From Bdellovibrionota bacterium (GTDB lineage: Bacteria; Bdellovibrionota; UBA1018; CAIPTA01; JAALKR01), in contig CBDBMJ010000001.1 of the NCBI GenBank assembly GCA_965207455.1, forward strand, positions 544,001-608,000: a DNA stretch of 64,000 nt. Reading direction: 5' to 3'. Every line of letters begins with the position of its first letter. Position 1 is the stretch's first letter. This document shows positions 31,112-41,130 of this stretch, piece after piece. The position numbers and the translations under genes were made by a program. Under the pieces are notes generated by a model. The model was not told the DNA's origin. It did no database searches and saw only the letters and a program-made list of their open reading frames with translations.

Positions 31112-32400
31112 AGTGAGTTCTTTCCTATACGCTTAGGTTCTTGTCTTAGACTGTTGAGGAGATCTTTATTGGGAACCACATAGAATAATTTTCCATACTC
31201 TTTCATCACACCAGCCGATTTTTTAGCCTTGTCTCCACTGCCCCAAAATAAATCCAATCTGCCCCCACCACGAATCGCTCCCCCCACATCCTGATCCACT
31301 ACAAAACGAGACACCGGCAACCAACCCAAGGGAGTCATATCGTTGGAATTCTGAAAAATAGGTTTTTTAAAAGAAAGAAAGGCCAGTGCGCCCTTTGAAA
31401 AAAATCTGGGGTCGGTTGCAATGGTTCGTCCCGCAGTGGCAGGCACACCTAAATAGGTTACGGCTTTTTGTCGCATTTTTTTGAAAAATACGTAACTGGG
31501 ATTTTTATTAAAAAAAGAAAGCATATCTTTTTTGGGAATGGAACGCAGGTAACCTTCAATTGTATGCAAAGTTATGTCTTCTTTAGGAATCACGTCCGTT
31601 AGGAAACGACCAACAGCTTCGTAAGGGTGACCATTTTGTCCCGCATAGCCCACCCTCAATCTTCGTTTTTTACCCAAAGTAATCACTCCAGATCCCTGAA
31701 TCTGTAGAATAAACGCATCCAGTGGGTCGATCCAGCATAACTCTAAACGCTTATTCCTAAGCATACCCAAACTATCTATTTCCTCCCTAGAATAATAGGG
31801 AACAACAGAGGGTATAAGACCCTTGGATCGAATGATACGACCCCTAAGGACCGAGGGAATATCCACAGTGTCCGGCATATTTGACATAAGCTTTTCCCAC
31901 TCCTCTATTTTAATTTCCACTAAATCTTTGGGGAGCCTATATAAGGGCTGAGTATGGTTGCCACGCCTTCTTCTCGATCCTCTTATAATGGGCTCGTAGT
32001 AGGAAGTAATAAAGACCTCTCCCCAAGAGTCTCTCCCATATACCTCATAAAAATCAAAGTAACGGTGTAGTTCTTTCCAAAGCATTTCTTTGTTTGGAAT
32101 GATCCGTTTGTCGTTAATATGATTTCCTAGGAGACGGGTAAAGTACTCTAAGCTTCGAAGGTAGTCCTTTTGGCTAATGATCTGGTTACCAAACTGAAAG
32201 GGCTTCGTTCTTTTACTCTTACGAAAAAAAACAATCTGTCTTTTTATGGCTAAGAGAAGGGAATCAATGGAAAGGTCTTCCTTCCATTGGGGAACATCAT
32301 CGGGGCTTACCTTTCGCATAGCTTGATCTCTTTTCATGAGGGGTGCACGAGCGCAGGAGAAAAGAAGGGAGCAACAAACTAGGGAAAGAATAATTCGCAT
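31108..32400 (-). CDS. mltA: Membrane-bound lytic murein transglycosylase A (lipoprotein)
   Basis: Lipobox LFSC, TSYYEP, LQIQGSG, YAGQNGHPY, NPSYVFF, QDVGGAIRG..RLDLFWG. Confidence 0.92.
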   Translation of the reverse strand: MRIILSLVCCSLLFSCARAPLMKRDQAMRKVSPDDVPQWKEDLSIDSLLLAIKRQIVFFRKSKRTKPFQFGNQIISQKDYLRSLEYFTRLLGNHINDKRIIPNKEMLWKELHRYFDFYEVYGRDSWGEVFITSYYEPIIRGSRRRRGNHTQPLYRLPKDLVEIKIEEWEKLMSNMPDTVDIPSVLRGRIIRSKGLIPSVVPYYSREEIDSLGMLRNKRLELCWIDPLDAFILQIQGSGVITLGKKRRLRVGYAGQNGHPYEAVGRFLTDVIPKEDITLHTIEGYLRSIPKKDMLSFFNKNPSYVFFKKMRQKAVTYLGVPATAGRTIATDPRFFSKGALAFLSFKKPIFQNSNDMTPLGWLPVSRFVVDQDVGGAIRGGGRLDLFWGSGDKAKKSAGVMKEYGKLFYVVPNKDLLNSLRQEPKRIGKNSL

Positions 32401-32474
32401 AGTGATTATTATGGAAGAAAAGAAGTGTTTGGGCAAGATGAAACTGGTTTTAGCACGTCGAGTCTAACGATCTA

Positions 32475-33143
32475 CTAAGAGCAAACCCGTAGAAACTCAC
32501 TCCGGGTTTCTGAATTTGTCTTAAAAGCACCACGGAGGTCCGAGGTGGCAGTGACACTATTGATATCCTCTATTCCACGGGCCACAACACAGAAATGCTT
32601 GCCCTCTATATATACGGCAACATCCTCCGTATCCAGCACATAGCTCAAGCAATCTCCCACCTGCATACTAAGGCGCTCTTGGATCTGAGGCCTGCGAGCA
32701 AAATAACGAACAATACGGTTGATCTTCGATAAGCCAATAACCCTGTTTTTAGGAATATAGGCCACTTGCGCCCGTCCCTGTATGGGTAGAAAATGGTGCT
32801 CACAGATGGAAAGCATATTAATATTTTTTACAATGATCATTTGATCATAATGCATACTGTTTTCCACCACCGTAACTTTGGGGAAGTTTTTTGGATCCAA
32901 ACCAGAAAATAGTTCTTTTATATACATTTGAGCTACCCTGTGGGGGGTGCGCTGGATACTTTCGTCCTTGGGGTCTAGGCCCAGAGTTTCCAAAATACCT
33001 TGGAAGTGCTCCATAATTTTCTTGTGCTTTTCTTCATCCAGGAGATCGTTTTTCCAGATAGGGGAGGGACGTACATGGGCAAGGATGTCCATGGTTGAGA
33101 ACTCCACCTTTTTTCCCTTAGTGTCTGTTTCATCATACTTCAT
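32475..33143 (-). CDS. folE: GTP cyclohydrolase I
   Basis: TPHRVA, CEHHFLP, GLSKINR, RPQIQERL, HFCV..RG. Confidence 0.96.
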   Translation of the reverse strand: MKYDETDTKGKKVEFSTMDILAHVRPSPIWKNDLLDEEKHKKIMEHFQGILETLGLDPKDESIQRTPHRVAQMYIKELFSGLDPKNFPKVTVVENSMHYDQMIIVKNINMLSICEHHFLPIQGRAQVAYIPKNRVIGLSKINRIVRYFARRPQIQERLSMQVGDCLSYVLDTEDVAVYIEGKHFCVVARGIEDINSVTATSDLRGAFKTNSETRSEFLRVCS

Positions 33144-33210
33144 GCTATTATTCTATATAATTAAGGCTAGGATGGTTGTCAACCGCTCTTAGTCGCTCCC
33201 TCCATTTATC

Positions 33211-34332
33211 ATGTCTAAAAGCATATCTAAAAGTGGACAAGGGAAGGGAAGTATTGTACGAAGGACTATTATGACGGGTAACAATCTCTGCAGTTGTGGT
33301 TCAGGGGAAAAATTAAAAAATTGCTGTAGAGGGAAGATCATTCCTTTTCCTGTTCCTCCCATGAGTGACAGAAAAAGTTCTTCTCTGGAGTTGATCGAAG
33401 AATTTCTCGATGAACGGGAGCATGAGCATTTTTCCTACAGGGATGCCCCTAAATATACAGAGAATAGGGATACACTTAAATATACAGAAAAAGATGTGGA
33501 GAACGACTCAGATATGCTACTTCCATTAGCGCCTGAGAATAAGCCCAATCCAGAGCTGCTTGGGCTTAGTCCCAATCAATTTAAGAACCTACTGTCCGTA
33601 GAGGCCATATTCAATAATCCATTTCTTACTTTCGACAATAGTAATCCCAGTGAGGATTTTTTGAAAATACCCATGATGAAACAAATCATCTATTTTCTCA
33701 ATACGCTTAAAAAAGAAGGGAGCATTAAGGCCACAGCAAAAGGTAATTTATCTAAAAAATTCGTTCAAGATTTTTATCGAGAATTTGCCGACCCTACCAT
33801 AGTCATGTTCCTTCCCCACACAGAAGACAATTATCCAGAAGTCACACGACTGAGAACAATTCTTTGCTTGCAAGAAATAGTGGAATTCAGGAGCAATAAA
33901 TTTTATTTAACTGACTATGGTGAGGAACTCCTAGATCAGAAGGATTATTCCACTATTTACAGTGAATCTTTCCACGCCTGTGTGAACCATTTTTACTGGA
34001 GCTATATGGGTCGTTTTACAGATTTTGATATTATACAGGAGACAGCCCCGTTTAATTTTTACCTCCTGGACCAAAAAGCCCAAGACTGGGTTTCTTTTGA
34101 GCGTTTGGGAGAAACGTATATCAGTATATTTCCCGAGGTGGTAAAGAGCTCGTCCCATCCCCTCTATGAAACACCAAAAGAAGAGGCAATAACTTGCTTT
34201 CATCATCAATTTCTTATTGATGCTTGTCTTTTTTTAGGCATTCTTTTGGGGGACGATCGAGAAGGGTATGGAACACCAACTCACTTTAAAGTGAGTCCAT
34301 TTTTTAAGAAGCGCTTTTCTTTTTTTTCGTAA
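33211..34332 (+). CDS. SEC-C motif-containing hypothetical protein
   Basis: CSCGSGEKLKNCC; GLSP.Q and IKATAKGNL motifs; start uncertain (33211 or 33271). Confidence 0.7.
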   Translation: MSKSISKSGQGKGSIVRRTIMTGNNLCSCGSGEKLKNCCRGKIIPFPVPPMSDRKSSSLELIEEFLDEREHEHFSYRDAPKYTENRDTLKYTEKDVENDSDMLLPLAPENKPNPELLGLSPNQFKNLLSVEAIFNNPFLTFDNSNPSEDFLKIPMMKQIIYFLNTLKKEGSIKATAKGNLSKKFVQDFYREFADPTIVMFLPHTEDNYPEVTRLRTILCLQEIVEFRSNKFYLTDYGEELLDQKDYSTIYSESFHACVNHFYWSYMGRFTDFDIIQETAPFNFYLLDQKAQDWVSFERLGETYISIFPEVVKSSSHPLYETPKEEAITCFHHQFLIDACLFLGILLGDDREGYGTPTHFKVSPFFKKRFSFFS

Positions 34333-35659
34333 AAATACACTCAGGTTCTACCCGTAGAGCAATGATTCCCAATAATTCTTGGGAAAGAAAACAAGAGTTG
34401 GAAGAAATGCCGGGTAAGGAGGATTCACTGAGAGTAAATTTTTCTTCCGGGTCTACAAAAAGATAGCCTTTAGGCTCCGGAGCGGATGGCAGAATCTCTC
34501 TTCCTTTAAGGGCATAGACCTCAATCAATCGTTCCAAGGAAAGCGCTCCCTGTTTCATCAATGTAATCAAAGTGGGAAGGGCAGTAATGAGTCCTCTGGT
34601 GCCAAAGGGGGCTTTTTCCCAAGAAAGCTCTTTGGACTGAAGTGTGTGTGGAGCATGGTCCGTGGAAACACAATCAATTAAACCGCTTTGCAGTCCTTCC
34701 CGTAGGGCCCCACGATCTGTTGGGCTAAATAGGGGAGGGTTCATTTTGAAAAAAGTGGATTGTGGGTGAGTGGGAGGTGGAATATCCTCGTTGGAAAAAA
34801 ATAAGTGATGGGGAGTAACTTCTGCAGTAATATTGAGTCCTGCCTCCTTGCCCTTGCGAATTTCTTCCAGGGTTTTTCTTGTGGAGATATGGAGTGCATG
34901 GTAATGGGCCCCGGGCACTTGCTTTAATAAACGAATGTCTCGAGCGACCATTTCACTTTCTGCTGTGTCGGGATATAAGGGCCAGTGGTATTTTTTTTGA
35001 ATGGCACTGGCACTGGCCACTCCACCATGACCGGGCATTTCGGCATGTTGGAGAAAAGGAACGTTATGTTTTGCTGAGAGTTCCAGGGCTTGTTTCATAG
35101 CTTGAGAAGAACCGATACCCCAACCGTCGTCCGTGATGGCAGCCGCCCCTGCTTCTACTAAACCCCCAATGTCGCTTACTTTGTCGCCTTTCATTCCCAG
35201 GGTTCCTGATCCTGAGAAAAATACGGTGGGCAGGGAATATTGTTGGGTGGAGAATTGGGAAAAGGTGGACACCTCTTGGTAAAAACGTTCCCTTGCGTTT
35301 TTTAAAATTTCAGGGCTGTCTAGGAAGGGTTGGGAGTTGGGCATGGTAAGAAGGGAGTCGTAGCCTCCCATAAAGGCAGATAGCAATCCTCCCTCTAGGG
35401 TTTCCTTGTCCGACTGGCCGGGAAAACGCAGGTGCACTTGGAGGTCGAAACCTGTGGGCACACAAATATAGTGGCTGGGTACCTCAAAGCGTTCTCCTTT
35501 CTCTTTTGTGATTTTATCTATTATGGAGGATGGTTTTTCCCCCACATATACCTTGGCATCCTCTTGACTATAAGCCCAAAAATGCTGAAATTCGCTGGAA
35601 TTTCGGGCCTTTTGTAAAACAATCCAACTTTTTCCTTTAGGTTGTGGTGATGCTCTCAT
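34304..35659 (-). CDS. pyrC: Dihydroorotase (amidohydrolase superfamily)
   Basis: DLQVHLRFPG, MPN, TDDG, HAE, HIST, EVTPHHL, KMNPPL, TDHAPH, APFG. Confidence 0.85.
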   Translation of the reverse strand: MRASPQPKGKSWIVLQKARNSSEFQHFWAYSQEDAKVYVGEKPSSIIDKITKEKGERFEVPSHYICVPTGFDLQVHLRFPGQSDKETLEGGLLSAFMGGYDSLLTMPNSQPFLDSPEILKNARERFYQEVSTFSQFSTQQYSLPTVFFSGSGTLGMKGDKVSDIGGLVEAGAAAITDDGWGIGSSQAMKQALELSAKHNVPFLQHAEMPGHGGVASASAIQKKYHWPLYPDTAESEMVARDIRLLKQVPGAHYHALHISTRKTLEEIRKGKEAGLNITAEVTPHHLFFSNEDIPPPTHPQSTFFKMNPPLFSPTDRGALREGLQSGLIDCVSTDHAPHTLQSKELSWEKAPFGTRGLITALPTLITLMKQGALSLERLIEVYALKGREILPSAPEPKGYLFVDPEEKFTLSESSLPGISSNSCFLSQELLGIIALRVEPECIFTKKKKSAS

Positions 35660-35696
35660 AGTATAAGGAGTCTAACTTTTCTTGTGAGGAAACTCA

Positions 35697-36479
35697 ATGC
35701 TCCTGATTGTTATCGTCATCGCTGGAGGTCTTGCCATCGGTACTGTTATGGGGCTACTGGGCAGTGGTGGGGCTATCATTGCTATTCCCATACTGATCCA
35801 TGCTTTGGGCTATCCCGCGGCCCATGCCATGGGGCTTGCTCCCCTACTCATGTTTTGCACTGCTCTTGCCTCTTTTGTACGGAGTGGGCAAACGCGATCC
35901 TTTCCCCATGTGATTGTCTATGGCAGCACCACGGCTGTGTTTGCTTTTATTTGTGCTTTGTATGCGCCGGGTGTGTCTCCCAACGTTCGCATTATTCTTT
36001 TTATTTCTTTAATAATCCTTAGCAGTGTTTCCATATTATTCTCTCGACCTTCCCTAGAGGATAGTCGTGGGTATAGAAGCCCATTGACTCTGCCTTATTT
36101 TTTCCAGCATTTTATTTTTGCTGCCGTTGTGGGTTCCATTGTGGGCACTGTGGGTATGGGTGGAGGGATTTTGCTGGTCCCCATTTTACATCGCTTTTGT
36201 CGATTGCCGCTTACGGAAGCGATGAGTACGTCCATTACTATTATTTTAGCCACGAGTAGTTTTGCTTTTTTAGGTTCCCTATCTTTTCTGCTTTCCTCCG
36301 ATGTGCGTTGGTTGCCCTTTCTTTCATTAACCGCCATAGGGTTGGTGTGTTCTTGGTGGTTGACGAAAGTTCGTCACCAAGTGCCGGTGAGAAAACTGCG
36401 TATTGGTTTTGCGGTCTTTCTATGGTTCTTGGCGATTATGGAGTGTGTTTACTATGCTACGCAAAGTACAGGGCACTAA
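35697..36479 (+). CDS. Sulfite exporter TauE/SafE family membrane protein
   Basis: GLLGSGG...P and G.GGG...VP repeats, multiple TM helices. Confidence 0.85.
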   Translation: MLLIVIVIAGGLAIGTVMGLLGSGGAIIAIPILIHALGYPAAHAMGLAPLLMFCTALASFVRSGQTRSFPHVIVYGSTTAVFAFICALYAPGVSPNVRIILFISLIILSSVSILFSRPSLEDSRGYRSPLTLPYFFQHFIFAAVVGSIVGTVGMGGGILLVPILHRFCRLPLTEAMSTSITIILATSSFAFLGSLSFLLSSDVRWLPFLSLTAIGLVCSWWLTKVRHQVPVRKLRIGFAVFLWFLAIMECVYYATQSTGH

Positions 36480-36570
36480 TATAAGTTTGACGAATATACA
36501 ATTTCTCCCTACAATAGTGAGGTGCGGTAATGAGGGGCAATAATAGTGATAATGGTGGCAATAATGGAGG

Positions 36571-38418
36571 GTGATAATGGGAGTGCATGAAAATAAAGAA
36601 TCGATGGAAATAGCTGAGGACGCTCGACAAAAAGAATGGGAAGATCCCAGTTTTGTGGCAAACATTTTTGCTGGCAGGTTTTCCATGGAGGATGTATTTC
36701 CAGAACAAAACCCTGAGGATAAAATTCAGGGCGACGATTTTCTAGAAAAGTTTGGAAACGTTGTTCGAGAGAATGTCGATCCAGACGCCATTGATCAGAA
36801 TCAAAAGACTCCTCCGGAAACTCTTCAAGCGCTTAAAAAATTTGGTGCCTTTGGCATGAAGATTCCTAAAAAATATGGAGGTATGGGGTTGAGCCAAACA
36901 AACTATACGCGGGCATTGGAAATGTTGGGTGGTCATTGTGGCACGATGACTGCTTGGATTTCTGCTCATCAAAGTATTGGCGCACCACAACCGCTCCTTG
37001 TGTTTGGAACAGAAGCGCAAAAAGAAAAATACCTTCCTCGACTTTGCCAAGAGATTTCTGCCTTTGCGCTCACTGAGCCAGATGTGGGTTCGGATCCTGC
37101 TCGAATGAGTACCATGGCCACTCCTTCGTCGGACGGAAAAACTTGGAAAATCACTGGTCAGAAATTATGGTGCACCAATGGTTCGGCTGCGGACATTATC
37201 GTTGTTATGTGTCGAACACCGGATAAGATTGTCAACGGTAGGGCGAAAAAACAAATCACGGCTTTTCTTGTGGAGAAGACCATGCCTGGTTTTAGTGTGA
37301 AACACCGTTGTAGATTTATGGGTTTAGAGGGCATTGAAAATGGATTTTTGGAATTTAAGGACGTGGAAGTTCCCCACGAGAATATTATAGGAGAAGTGGG
37401 CGGTGGGCTTCGTTTGGCTCTTACCACGCTCAATACAGGAAGGCTGGGGTTGCCGGGTACTTGTGTGGGTTTGGGGAAAAAATGTTTAGAGATATTACGT
37501 CACTGGGTTCGAGAGCGGGAGCAGTGGGGAACTAAGATAGGAAACCACGAAGAGATTGCGGCGAAGGTTACCGACGTTGCTGCCCATACTTTTGCCATGG
37601 AAGCCATCACCTACTGGACTTGTAATTTGGTGGACAGGGGCGGGGCCGACATTCGCCTAGAGGCAGCCATGTGTAAATTATTTTGCACGGAAACTTCTTG
37701 GCGCATAACGAACGAAACCTTGCAGGCTCGAGGGGGAAGGGGCTATGAGCGTGCCACATCTTTGAAAGAGCGAGGAGAAGCTCCCATTCCTTTGGAGCGT
37801 ATGGTGCGAGATATTCGTATTAATACAATTTTAGAGGGAAGCACGGAAATTATGCACCTATTTATTGCACGAGAAGCTTTGGACATGCACATGCGCCTAG
37901 CAATGCCTCTTCTACAGCCCCACACACCGGTTACCACTAAATTACTGACTTTCTTAAGGTGTGCTGCTTTTTATTCCCTATGGTATCCCAGACAATGGTT
38001 CCATTGGAGTTATTGGCCCATGTATTTTAATTTGAGGCTAGGCAAGCACCTTCGTTATGCAAAACGCACTAGCCATAGGCTTGCCCGAACTATTTTTCAT
38101 TCCATGCTTTGCCATGGTCCATCTTTGGAACGCCGTCAGCTTTTATTGGGTAGAATTGTGGAGATCGGAACGGAGCTTTTTGTGATTTCAGTTACTGTTG
38201 GGAAGGCTCACGCCATGATGAAAAAAAATCCCAGCAACCGCACACCTGAAATTTTAGCTAACTTGGCTTGCAGGAGTTCTCGAAGAAAAATAGAAAACCA
38301 CTTTCGTAAAATGCGCAGTAACGAGGACAAAGAGTCTCTTCAATTATCCAAAGACGTTATGAAAGGTAAATATACATGGCTAGAGGAAGGCACGATGAAA
38401 GGAAATATTTCCTATTAA
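36571..38418 (+). CDS. Acyl-CoA dehydrogenase (ACAD9/VLCAD-like)
   Basis: AFALTEPDVGSD, G.KLWCTNG, TLN.GR, R.QWG, GGRGYE, RD.RINTILEGSTEI. Confidence 0.92.
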   Translation: MIMGVHENKESMEIAEDARQKEWEDPSFVANIFAGRFSMEDVFPEQNPEDKIQGDDFLEKFGNVVRENVDPDAIDQNQKTPPETLQALKKFGAFGMKIPKKYGGMGLSQTNYTRALEMLGGHCGTMTAWISAHQSIGAPQPLLVFGTEAQKEKYLPRLCQEISAFALTEPDVGSDPARMSTMATPSSDGKTWKITGQKLWCTNGSAADIIVVMCRTPDKIVNGRAKKQITAFLVEKTMPGFSVKHRCRFMGLEGIENGFLEFKDVEVPHENIIGEVGGGLRLALTTLNTGRLGLPGTCVGLGKKCLEILRHWVREREQWGTKIGNHEEIAAKVTDVAAHTFAMEAITYWTCNLVDRGGADIRLEAAMCKLFCTETSWRITNETLQARGGRGYERATSLKERGEAPIPLERMVRDIRINTILEGSTEIMHLFIAREALDMHMRLAMPLLQPHTPVTTKLLTFLRCAAFYSLWYPRQWFHWSYWPMYFNLRLGKHLRYAKRTSHRLARTIFHSMLCHGPSLERRQLLLGRIVEIGTELFVISVTVGKAHAMMKKNPSNRTPEILANLACRSSRRKIENHFRKMRSNEDKESLQLSKDVMKGKYTWLEEGTMKGNISY

Positions 38419-38419
38419 T

Positions 38420-39199
38420 TTGCACAGCATTGTCCTAGGTATTATCCAAGGCATTAGTGAATTTCTTCCCATTAGTTCGTCTGCTCATCTTATTACCATT
38501 CCATGGCTTTTGGGTTGGCCACCGCACAGCCTAACCTTGGACGTTGCTCTTCATGTGGGCACTCTTATGGCAGTGGTGATTTACTTCCGAAAAAAATGGG
38601 CGCAAATGGCAAGTGCCTTGTTTCAGGGAAAATATAAAGAACCGGAGTCCAGGCTTTTTTTTCAAATTCTTTTGGCGACTATTCCTGGAGCTGTTATTGG
38701 ACTTTTGGGTAAAAGCTATGCAGAAACCGTATTTCGTACGCCTATTTTAATTGCTGCCACCCTTGCTTTTATGGGTATTGTGTTGTGGCTATGTGATAGC
38801 AAGTCGAGTAAAACAAGGGAACTTACGGATCTCAATACCAAGGATTGTCTGATCATCGGATTGTTCCAAGGGTTTGCCATTATTCCGGGTTTTTCTCGTT
38901 CAGGAACCACCATTTCAGCAGCTCTTCTATTGGGCATGAAAAGAAGTGCCGCTGCTGAGTTTTCTTTTCTCTTGAGCGTGCCCATTATTGCAGGAGCTGC
39001 GCTTCTTCAAATCCCGTCGGCAATGGAGCAGCAACTGTATAGCGATATAAATTTTTGGGTGGGTATGACAGTCTCTTTTCTTCTCGGTTATGCTTCCATC
39101 GCCTTTCTTTTAAAGTATGTGACAAAAATAGGCTATCTGCCATTTGCCATATACCGTTTTCTGCTGGGGTTTGTGATTCTTGTTTATTGGCTGTATTGA
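38420..39199 (+). CDS. uppP: Undecaprenyl-diphosphate phosphatase
   Basis: GISEFLPISSSAH, PGFSRSGTTI, AAEFSF, FAIYR. Confidence 0.95.
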   Translation: MHSIVLGIIQGISEFLPISSSAHLITIPWLLGWPPHSLTLDVALHVGTLMAVVIYFRKKWAQMASALFQGKYKEPESRLFFQILLATIPGAVIGLLGKSYAETVFRTPILIAATLAFMGIVLWLCDSKSSKTRELTDLNTKDCLIIGLFQGFAIIPGFSRSGTTISAALLLGMKRSAAAEFSFLLSVPIIAGAALLQIPSAMEQQLYSDINFWVGMTVSFLLGYASIAFLLKYVTKIGYLPFAIYRFLLGFVILVYWLY

Positions 39200-39204
39200 A
39201 TAGC

Positions 39205-40074
39205 TTACTTCAATTTTAAATCACTGGCATATTTATAGCTTAAGGTTTGCAAAAAGATTGATTTTTTATATGCTTTTTCTTCATGTGAGGATTTATATAT
39301 TCCATTTAATCCTTTTTCTTTGATGAAATTGATGACTTTCTTAATTGTTTCTATTTCCCGATCATCAAATATTGATTTATTTATTTTTTTATTTGGTATT
39401 AGATTATGTCCACGGTCTTCTTTTATCATTTTTTTCTCCAGCATTAGCTGAAAAATTTCTCTAAATTTATCAGGGCATGGTCCATGTTCTAAACGAATAT
39501 ATTTACTACCTGTAAGGCTTACTTTGAAATTTTTAAAGTGGAGGAAATCAGCATAAAATAATGCTTTATTTATATATAAAGGGGTTTTGCATACTTTAAC
39601 TAAAGAAAGGACAAGATTTGAAAATAAATCAAAACTGAATTTTCTATTTCCTGAATAAATATCTTCTTTTTGGTTTTTCCAATACACATTTAAGAGGTTC
39701 AGTGTAGCGCTAAACTCATTAGTTTTTAGGCGAATATGTTCATTTTGGCTTGCGTCTTGGATATAGTATGTTTCCCATCTTTTTATGCTAGCTTCACCTA
39801 CCTTTAAGTATTTAGCAAATTCTAGTTGCGACATAGCAAATTTCTTTCTTATCGCTATAATTTCTTTTGAAGTCTGTAAATTGTGATTTTTTCTATATTT
39901 GTCTGCGGCAGCATTTCTTAATCCATCTGCTTGCTTTGAATCCATTAAGGACTCTCCGCAATTTGTACACACATATGCCGGTGATAATACATCTAAAGTT
40001 TCGCCTTTTAGTTTTGGCTTAAATCTAATTTTTTTTGTTTCAAAATCTTTGCTGTTGCAGTGTAAGCATTTCAT
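39205..40074 (-). CDS. Antitoxin: MqsA-type Zn finger + XRE HTH + Panacea/SocA (DUF4065) domain
   Basis: CxxC...CxxCGE, IRKKFAMSQLEFAKYL.VGEASIKRWE, NKALFYADFLHF...SLTG..Y....HGPCP, SH.E..Y. Confidence 0.85.
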   Translation of the reverse strand: MKCLHCNSKDFETKKIRFKPKLKGETLDVLSPAYVCTNCGESLMDSKQADGLRNAAADKYRKNHNLQTSKEIIAIRKKFAMSQLEFAKYLKVGEASIKRWETYYIQDASQNEHIRLKTNEFSATLNLLNVYWKNQKEDIYSGNRKFSFDLFSNLVLSLVKVCKTPLYINKALFYADFLHFKNFKVSLTGSKYIRLEHGPCPDKFREIFQLMLEKKMIKEDRGHNLIPNKKINKSIFDDREIETIKKVINFIKEKGLNGIYKSSHEEKAYKKSIFLQTLSYKYASDLKLK

Positions 40075-40106
40075 GGTTCTCCTCTTCTTTTTTGTTACTA
40101 CTGTTG

Positions 40107-40517
40107 TTATTTATCTTTATGTAAGGAAATATAGTAAAAATAATCATCTATTAAAACATATTTCAGATACATCCTTTTGGATAGTTTTTGACTATTCCAA
40201 GCGAATGCAATTAATTCCTTTCCTTTAATTTTAGATTCATAAGACTTGTCTGGTGGCCTTCCTCCAGCATAATCAGATGGATCGATTTCTTTTAGTAAGT
40301 CTGATATTAATGACCAGACATCTGCTGAATTTCCTATTTCTAGCTCCATAAGTTCATTTACGAATTTAGAAGTTGCAAACATTCCTTTCTTTTCATTTAG
40401 AGCTTTTTTTGCATTTTCTATCTTGCCTGTTAGCTCTTTATGTGATGGTCGTCTTCGACCAGAGTTTCCTGAGTTGTGCAATTCCTCCTCCTCTATAGTA
40501 TCATCTATTGGTATCAT
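40107..40517 (-). CDS. Putative MqsR-like type II toxin
   Basis: Directly upstream of the MqsA-like gene; C-terminal MYLKY...YYISLH resembles the MqsR-family YLK...SFH end. Confidence 0.55.
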   Translation of the reverse strand: MIPIDDTIEEEELHNSGNSGRRRPSHKELTGKIENAKKALNEKKGMFATSKFVNELMELEIGNSADVWSLISDLLKEIDPSDYAGGRPPDKSYESKIKGKELIAFAWNSQKLSKRMYLKYVLIDDYFYYISLHKDK

Positions 40518-40743
40518 ATGATACTTTTTTTTGCAAAGGTTTTTTCTTTAGAAATTATAGGTATTTATAGGTCTAAATCGCATTTGAGGGAGGTTGAAAT
40601 CTCTCAATTTAAAAATATGAATAGCACAGGATATTTATGGAACAATCCCCTCCAGATTGCTTGGCAAGGGTCATATTACTTGGAGGTTATTTTAGAAAAT
40701 TCATTATGAATCAATTTCATTTCCTAAGTGGAAAGGGGATTTT

Positions 40744-41049
40744 TTATTTACGACGCCCCCTTTGTCGAGTGGTTTTATTCATATTTAGTACTTCATCAAT
40801 TGAAGCGAATGAAGTTGGTGATGCTTGACTTGCTTTCAGTAATTCTTCTAAGCCACCAAGAACCATTAAGATTTTTAAAAAAGATTCTAGGGAGATGGAT
40901 CCTTTCTGTTCAAATTTGCGTAATGTGGGTAAAGCTACGCCAGATCGTTTTGCCAATCCTTCTTGGGTTAGGTTCATGCCTAAGCGTTGTTCACGGACGT
41001 TTTCGACCAGTTTTTTTTGTGCTTTTGATGCTGTTATAAATAATACCAT
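40744..41049 (-). CDS. XRE/HipB-like helix-turn-helix regulator
   Basis: R.QRL..NLTQEGLAKRSGV...TLRKFEQ.G.ISLESF; basic C-terminus RQRGRRK. Confidence 0.85.
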   Translation of the reverse strand: MVLFITASKAQKKLVENVREQRLGMNLTQEGLAKRSGVALPTLRKFEQKGSISLESFLKILMVLGGLEELLKASQASPTSFASIDEVLNMNKTTRQRGRRK

Positions 41050-41076
41050 TTTATTATTAATATCCAGTAAATCCCT

Positions 41077-41114
41077 ATTACTAATACTATAATATTAGTA
41101 ATTCTTAGAATCAA
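41077..41114 (-). promoter_or_regulatory. Sigma70 promoter of the XRE gene overlapped by a perfect 10-bp inverted-repeat operator
   Basis: Minus strand TTGATT-N17-TATAGT; plus strand ATTACTAATA-CTATAA-TATTAGTAAT (41077-41102). Confidence 0.65.
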
Positions 41115-41130
41115 GCATTTCCCCTAGTTT

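Noticed and set aside
33439..33492. 27-bp imperfect tandem duplication in the SEC-C gene (RDAPKYTEN/RDTLKYTEK)
   Set aside because: Only two copies in a probable linker; ordinary slippage.
35425..35450. Inactive pseudo-dihydroorotase (QxH in place of HxH)
   Set aside because: QVH variants are common among annotated dihydroorotases and all other metal and substrate residues are present.
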